Source: Candidatus Eiseniibacteriota bacterium (lineage in GTDB: Bacteria > Eisenbacteria > RBG-16-71-46 > CAVPCR01). Taken from it: DNA of 64,000 bases. The position numbers and the translations under genes were made by a program. Below are positions 58,525 to 64,000 of the stretch, one piece after another. The DNA is taken from assembly GCA_963823555.1 (NCBI GenBank), contig CAWGMA010000001.1:2112001-2176000 (forward strand), written 5' to 3'. The notes below the pieces were generated by a model that was not told the DNA's origin, ran no database searches, and saw only the letters and a list, made by a program, of their open reading frames with translations. Positions within the stretch are counted from its first letter, which is position 1. Each line of letters starts with the position of its first letter.

Positions 58525-59691
58525 ATGACCGAGCTCGCGGCGCTCGTCGCCCGCGCCGAGGAACTCTACCGGGACTACCGTCTCACGCCGGTGCGCGAGT
58601 GGAAGGCGCGCACCGGCGGGCTCGCCGTCGGCTTCATGCCGATCTACGTCCCGCGCGAGATCCTCACCGCCCAGGGCGTGCTGCCCGTCGGCCTCATGGG
58701 GGGCGGCGACGATCTCGAGATCATCCGTGGTGACGCCTTCTACCAGTCCTACATCTGCCACATCCCGCGCTCGACCATCGAGCTCGGCTTGAACTCGAGC
58801 TACGATTGCCTCGACGGCGTTCTGTTCCCTGCGATCTGCGATGTGATCCGCAACCTCTCCGGGATGTGGAAACTCCAGTTCGCGGACAAGCTCGTGCGCT
58901 ATCTCGACGTGCCGCAGAACTTCGACGGCGCGATCGGCGGTCGCTTCTACCGCCACGAGCTCGAGGAGCTGATCCGGGATCTCGCGGCACGCGGCGCCAG
59001 ACCATACGATCCCGCGGCGCTCGGGGCGGCGATCGGTCTCTACAATGAGAACCGTCGCCTCGTGGCCGAGCTCTATGCGCTCCGCCTGGAGGAGCCATGG
59101 CGCGTACCGACAGCCGAGCTCTACGTGATCCTGCGCGCGGCGCTCGTCCTGCCGGTCGAGGAGTCGACCGCGATGTTCGCCCGCTATCGCGATCTCGTCC
59201 GCGCCGACGCGGAGCGCAAGCCGATGGATCAGGCCCGCGTGGTCCTGACCGGTTCCTTCTGCGAGCAGCCTCCGCTCGGCCTCATCAAGACCCTGGAGCG
59301 CTCCGGCTGTTACATCGTCGACGACGACTTCGTCCAGGTCCACCGTTGGATCCGCGGCGACATCGCCACCGCGGGCGATCCGCTCGGGAACCTGGTCACC
59401 GCCTTCCTCGATCAATCGATCGCGAGCCCGGTGCGCTACATCGGTGCCGACGTCAAGGGGCGGGACCTGGTCGAGCGCGTCGCGGCGAGCGCAGCCGAAG
59501 GGGTGCTGTTCTGCGCCCCGAGCTTCTGCGATCCGGCGCTCCTCGACCAGCCGATGGTGACCCGTGCGCTCGACCGGGCCGGAACTCCCTGGACCGCGTT
59601 CAAGTACGCCGAGAACAACGGCCAGTTCCAGGTCATCCGGGAGCAGGCCGGAACGTTTGCCGACTCGATCAAGCTGTGGAGCAGCGCCTAG
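58525..59691 (+). CDS. bcrC: Benzoyl-CoA reductase subunit C
   Basis: EIIRGDAFYQSYIC, FPAICDVIRNLSG, SFCDPALL and FKYAEN.GQFQVIREQAGTFADSIKLW. Confidence 0.95.
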   Translation: MTELAALVARAEELYRDYRLTPVREWKARTGGLAVGFMPIYVPREILTAQGVLPVGLMGGGDDLEIIRGDAFYQSYICHIPRSTIELGLNSSYDCLDGVLFPAICDVIRNLSGMWKLQFADKLVRYLDVPQNFDGAIGGRFYRHELEELIRDLAARGARPYDPAALGAAIGLYNENRRLVAELYALRLEEPWRVPTAELYVILRAALVLPVEESTAMFARYRDLVRADAERKPMDQARVVLTGSFCEQPPLGLIKTLERSGCYIVDDDFVQVHRWIRGDIATAGDPLGNLVTAFLDQSIASPVRYIGADVKGRDLVERVAASAAEGVLFCAPSFCDPALLDQPMVTRALDRAGTPWTAFKYAENNGQFQVIREQAGTFADSIKLWSSA

Positions 59692-59723
59692 GTGCACCGC
59701 TCGACCCCGGGCAAGGAGAAGCC

Positions 59724-61046
59724 ATGACCAACGATGCCGCGCAGAAGGACTCGAGCCAGATCCGCCAGAAGGACATGATCGCGGATCACTACCGGCGCTT
59801 GGCCCGCGCCCCCGAGACCGGGGACAAGTGCGCGTACACCTTCGTGCCGGGAAACCTGACCGAGCTCCTGCGCGCCTTCGATCTCCTGCCCGTGCTGCCC
59901 GAGATCAACGCCCTGCAGTCGGGGATGCGGGGCAAGTCCCGTGACTTCATCTCGCTCGCCGAGAAGCTCGGCCACTCCGAGGATGTCTGTACCTACGTCA
60001 AGTGCGATCTCGGAATGATGAAATCGGGAAATGTCGGCCCGACGGGCGAGCCGCTGCCGAAGCCCGATCTCCTGCTCCTCTCCTATACCGGCTGCTTCAC
60101 CTTCATGAAGTGGTTCGAGATCCTGCGTGAGGAGTACGATTGTCCGGTGGTCATGCTGCACGTGCCCTACCAGGGAGACGGCGTCATCACCGACTCGATG
60201 CGCCGCTACGTCGTCGATCAGCTCGAAGGCGAGGTGATCCCGGCGCTGGAGCGGGTCTCCGGCCAGCGCTACGACGAGGACCGGCTGAAGGGGATGCTCG
60301 CGCTCTCGGCCCGGGCCGAGGATGATCTGGTCTGGGTGCTCGAAGCGGCCAAGCACCGGCCTTCCCCGATCGATGCCTACTTCGGCGGGGTCTACTACAT
60401 CGGCCCCATCTTCACCGCCTTCCGCGGCATGCCGGAGGCCGTCGACTACTATCGCCTGCTGCGCGCGGAGGTGGCCGAGCGTATCGCCGCCGGCAAGGGA
60501 CCGGTGACCCCGGACGGCGAGATGGATGAGGAGAGGTTCCGCATCGTCGTCGAGGGGCCGCCCAACTGGACGAGCTTTCGCCAGTTCTGGAAGATGTTCG
60601 CCGATGAGGGCGCCGTGGTCGTCGCCTCCACCTACACCAAGGTGGGCGGTGTCTATGACCTCGGCTTCCGCCACGATCCGACCCGGCCGCTCGAGACGCT
60701 GGCCGATTACTGCATGGGCTGCTACACCAATCTCAACCTGCCCTCGCGCACCGACATGCTGTGCCGTTATCTCACCGAGTATGACGCCGACGGGCTCCTC
60801 ATCAACTCGATCAAGAGCTGCAACTCCTTCAGCGCCGGTCAGCTCCTGATCCTGCGCGAGGTCGAGCGACGGACCGGACGGCCAGGCGGCTTCATCGAGA
60901 GCGACCTCGTCGATCCGCGCTACTTCTCCGCCTCCAACATCAAGAACCGGCTCGAATCGTACTTCCAGATGATCGAGCAGAAGCGCCAGGGCGCCGCGGC
61001 ACGGGCGGCGGCGGCCGGCGGCACACCCTCCGGAGCCTCATCGTGA
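59724..61046 (+). CDS. bcrB: Benzoyl-CoA reductase subunit B
   Basis: TFVPGNL.EL, GHSEDVCTYVKCD, SYTGCFTFMKWFE, KSCNSFSAGQL and DLVDPRYFS. Confidence 0.95.
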   Translation: MTNDAAQKDSSQIRQKDMIADHYRRLARAPETGDKCAYTFVPGNLTELLRAFDLLPVLPEINALQSGMRGKSRDFISLAEKLGHSEDVCTYVKCDLGMMKSGNVGPTGEPLPKPDLLLLSYTGCFTFMKWFEILREEYDCPVVMLHVPYQGDGVITDSMRRYVVDQLEGEVIPALERVSGQRYDEDRLKGMLALSARAEDDLVWVLEAAKHRPSPIDAYFGGVYYIGPIFTAFRGMPEAVDYYRLLRAEVAERIAAGKGPVTPDGEMDEERFRIVVEGPPNWTSFRQFWKMFADEGAVVVASTYTKVGGVYDLGFRHDPTRPLETLADYCMGCYTNLNLPSRTDMLCRYLTEYDADGLLINSIKSCNSFSAGQLLILREVERRTGRPGGFIESDLVDPRYFSASNIKNRLESYFQMIEQKRQGAAARAAAAGGTPSGASS

Positions 61047-62356
61047 AATACTGTGTCGGCATCGATCTTGGATCCACGACGACCAAGGCCGTGGTCCTCG
61101 GCGAGTCCGGGACCATCCTCGGGCGCGGCATCACCAATAGCCGCAGCAACTACACCGTGGCCTGTGCCGTCGCCCTGGGCGAGGCGCTGATCAACGCCCG
61201 CTTCGGGCTCATCGCTCAGGAGCTCGAGCGAGCCCAGGTGTCCCCTCCCAGGCAGGCGGAGTGGCTCGCCGAGATCGAGCGTCTGTTCCGCATGCACCAG
61301 TACCGCCACCAGCTCCAGGTGCTGGCCGAGGTCATGCACGAACAGCTGACCCGCGACCACGGGGGGCAGGAGCATGAACTCCGCGACGCGCTCGAGTCGA
61401 TCCTCGACCACATGGAGGCGGAGACCGCCGAGCTCTATGCCGCCGGCGCCCGGCGCAAGAGCGACTTCTTCCGCGACCTCGCCGGCAGCCGGTATGCCGC
61501 CCACGCCGAGGAGATGAGCCGCGCGCGGGGCCTCGGGTTCGACCGGCTGGTCGGCTGCTTCGACCGCGCCATCCTCGACGTGGAGAACCGGCCCTCGGCG
61601 GAGAATGCCTTCGAGACCCTGATCGCCGCCGCCCTCGAGGCGATGCCCCAGGCGACCGCGGAGCTCCGCAAGGCGGTCGACCGCGCCGCGCGAGAGGAGC
61701 TCACCCGCGCCCGCTCGATCGGCACCGGATACGGGCGGCAGACCCTCCCCTTCCCCAAGGAGCAGATTCGCTCGGAGATCCTCTGTCATGGCCTCGGCGC
61801 GCACGCCATGTTCCCGGGAACCCGCACCGTGCTCGATATCGGCGGCCAGGACACCAAGGCGATCCAGGTCGACGATCAGGGGATCGTCACTTCGTTCCAG
61901 ATGAACGACCGCTGTGCCGCCGGTTGCGGGCGCTACCTGGGCTACATCGCGGACGAGATGAACCTCGGCTTGCACGAGCTGGGACCGATGGCCTGCGAGT
62001 CCTCGCGCCCGGTGCGCATCAACTCGACCTGCACCGTGTTCGCGGGCGCCGAGCTCCGCGAGCGACTCTCCCTCGGCGAGCGCCGCGAGGACATCCTCGC
62101 CGGTCTCCATCGCGCGATCATCCTCCGCGCCATGTCGCTGCTCGCCCGCTCGGGAGGGATCACGGACGAGTTCACCTTCACCGGCGGCGTGGCCAAGAAC
62201 CCGGCGGCGGTCGACGCGCTCTCGGGACTCATCCAGGACCACTACGGGACCCTCACCACGAACATCTCGCCCGATTCCATCTATACCGGAGCGCTCGGGG
62301 CCGCGCTCTTCGCGCATCGCGAGATCGATCGAGTCCCGGCGGAGGCGGCATCATGA
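61043..62356 (+). CDS. bcrA: Benzoyl-CoA reductase subunit A
   Basis: GIDLGSTTTK, GITNSRSNY, RSEILCHG, DIGGQDTK and MNDRCAAGCG. Confidence 0.95.
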   Translation: MKYCVGIDLGSTTTKAVVLGESGTILGRGITNSRSNYTVACAVALGEALINARFGLIAQELERAQVSPPRQAEWLAEIERLFRMHQYRHQLQVLAEVMHEQLTRDHGGQEHELRDALESILDHMEAETAELYAAGARRKSDFFRDLAGSRYAAHAEEMSRARGLGFDRLVGCFDRAILDVENRPSAENAFETLIAAALEAMPQATAELRKAVDRAAREELTRARSIGTGYGRQTLPFPKEQIRSEILCHGLGAHAMFPGTRTVLDIGGQDTKAIQVDDQGIVTSFQMNDRCAAGCGRYLGYIADEMNLGLHELGPMACESSRPVRINSTCTVFAGAELRERLSLGERREDILAGLHRAIILRAMSLLARSGGITDEFTFTGGVAKNPAAVDALSGLIQDHYGTLTTNISPDSIYTGALGAALFAHREIDRVPAEAAS

Positions 62357-63228
62357 ACGGACCCGGGGACCACGGCGCCCTTGTCGTCGCCGGCATCGAT
62401 GTCGGCTCCTCGGCCGTGAAGGTGGCGATCGTCGAGGATCGCGGCGAGGCGGGCGCCCGGAAGCTCGGCGGTCGCTTCGAGCGCATTCGGCGCCGCGATC
62501 CACAACGGGTCGCTGCCGATCTGTTCACCGAATGCGTCGCGGAGGCCGGCGTCGGGCAGGACGACCTGGCGTACGTGGCGACCACCGGCGAGGGCGAGCT
62601 CATCCCGTTCCGCACCGGGCACTTCTACGGCATGACGACCCACGCCCGCGGCGGGCTCTTCCTCGTCCCCGAAGCCCGTGCCGTCATCGACATCGGCGCC
62701 CTGCACACGCGCGCCGTGCTCATCGACGATCGGGCCAAGGTGCTCGGCTACCGGATGACGAGCCAGTGCGCCTCGGGCTCGGGGCAGTTCCTCGAGAACA
62801 TCAGCCGCTACCTCGGCATCACGATCGACGAGGTGGGTCCGCTCTCGCTCGAGGCCGACGACCCCGAGGCCTGCTCCTCGATCTGCGCCGTGCTGGCCGA
62901 GACCGATGTCATCAACATGGTGTCCCGAGGAGTGTCCACGGCGAACATCATCAAGGGCATTCACCAGTCGATGGCGGGACGCTATCTCCGCCTCCTGGTC
63001 TCGGTCGGGGCGCGCGGGGTGGTCCTCGTCACCGGCGGCCTCGCCGCCGACACGGGCCTCATCGCCGCGCTGGAGGAGGCCGTGGTCGAACAGAAGGCGG
63101 CCTTCACGTTCAAGAGCCATCCCGACTCGGTGCTGGCGGGAGCACTGGGAGCGGCGATCTGGGGGGCCTTCCGGGTGCGCAAGCTCGCTGCCAAGGGAGT
63201 CAACCTCGGCGCCGGAGTGGGGTCGTGA
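62353..63228 (+). CDS. bcrD: Benzoyl-CoA reductase subunit D
   Basis: GIDVGS..VK, GHFYGMTTHARG, MTSQCASGSGQFLEN and SICAVLAETDVINMVSRG. Confidence 0.95.
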   Translation: MNGPGDHGALVVAGIDVGSSAVKVAIVEDRGEAGARKLGGRFERIRRRDPQRVAADLFTECVAEAGVGQDDLAYVATTGEGELIPFRTGHFYGMTTHARGGLFLVPEARAVIDIGALHTRAVLIDDRAKVLGYRMTSQCASGSGQFLENISRYLGITIDEVGPLSLEADDPEACSSICAVLAETDVINMVSRGVSTANIIKGIHQSMAGRYLRLLVSVGARGVVLVTGGLAADTGLIAALEEAVVEQKAAFTFKSHPDSVLAGALGAAIWGAFRVRKLAAKGVNLGAGVGS

Positions 63229-63977
63229 GCGCTCCCCGGACACTCGATCCCGCCATCGCCCGTCTGGTGTCCATCGCCGGCAAGACGGCGCTCGTCACCG
63301 GCAGCGCGGGCGGCATCGGGCAGGCCGTGGCGGCGCTCCTCGGCGCGGCCGGCGCCACGGTCCTCGGAGTCGACCTCCCGGGTCACGACTCGCCGACCGC
63401 CACACGCTCCCTCGGCTGCGATCTCGCCGACCCGGGGGCGATCAAGACCCTCATGGCCGAGGTCGCAGCCACCGCGCCCCGGCTCGACATCGTCGTCCAC
63501 TCGGCCGGCATCCGCCGCGACGCGGTGCTCTGGAAGCTCGAGGACGAAGCCTGGAACGAGGTCCTCACCGTGAACCTCGATTCGGCCTTTCACCTGCTGC
63601 GCGGCGCGGTCCCGCTCATGCGCGATCACGGCGGCGCGATCGTGCTCATCACCTCGATCAACGGCGAGCGCGGCAAGTTCGGGCAGTCGAACTACGCGGC
63701 CTCCAAGGCCGGCCTCATCGGCCTCGGGCGCACGGCTGCGCGCGAGCTCGGCAAGTTCGGGATCCGCGTCAACCTGGTCGCCCCGGGGATGGTGCGGACG
63801 CCGATGACCACGACCTTGAGCCCCGAGTTCCTGCGCGAGGCGGAGGCCGAGTCGGTGCTCGGCCGCCTCGGGGAGCCGGTGGACATCGCCGCCGCCATTC
63901 TCTTCTTGTGCTCGGACATGGGCCGCCACGTGAGCGGCCAGGTGCTGCGCGTCGATGGCGGGCAGCTCATCGCCTGA
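63225..63977 (+). CDS. SDR oxidoreductase (FabG/acetoacetyl-CoA reductase-like)
   Basis: TGSAGGIG, SSING, NYAASK and VDGG. GTGA overlap with bcrD. Confidence 0.9.
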   Translation: MSAPRTLDPAIARLVSIAGKTALVTGSAGGIGQAVAALLGAAGATVLGVDLPGHDSPTATRSLGCDLADPGAIKTLMAEVAATAPRLDIVVHSAGIRRDAVLWKLEDEAWNEVLTVNLDSAFHLLRGAVPLMRDHGGAIVLITSINGERGKFGQSNYAASKAGLIGLGRTAARELGKFGIRVNLVAPGMVRTPMTTTLSPEFLREAEAESVLGRLGEPVDIAAAILFLCSDMGRHVSGQVLRVDGGQLIA

Positions 63978-64000
63978 TGGAGATCCGATGGATAACGCGA

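Overview
GC-rich bacterial chromosomal window with about 45 CDS. I saw no rRNA, tRNA, CRISPR array or transposase. Two secreted proteins end in a 'TAVEx-TTWGxxK' tail, which suggests (weak inference) a Ca. Eisenbacteria/Krumholzibacteria/Latescibacteria-like lineage. Dense clusters of frameshifts (18.6-19.2, 31.2, 34.5-35.5, 43.3-46.1 and 48-53 kb) look like long-read consensus errors. Recognisable genes include nth, an aroF-type DAHP synthase, a Lon-like protease, UDG, DUF4912 plus a GH57 branching enzyme, moeB/moeZ, thiC with a TPP riboswitch, a truncated GDH pseudogene and a class I benzoyl-CoA reductase operon (had-oah-bcrCBAD). The most notable items are: (1) a tetraether synthase (Tes/GDGT-MAS)-like radical SAM gene directly upstream of PlsR/PlsA(Ger)-like ether-lipid genes, a candidate membrane-spanning ether lipid (brGDGT-type) operon; (2) a 33-46 kb block where two atypical ATP-grasp dikinase-family genes are each coupled to an apparently catalytically dead enzyme (a PyrF lacking DxKxxD; a MaeB lacking its catalytic Lys and metal ligands), one of them a ~1,700-aa protein with glucan-water-dikinase-like domain order; (3) a chorismate lyase + aryl-CoA ligase + DAHP synthase mini-operon.
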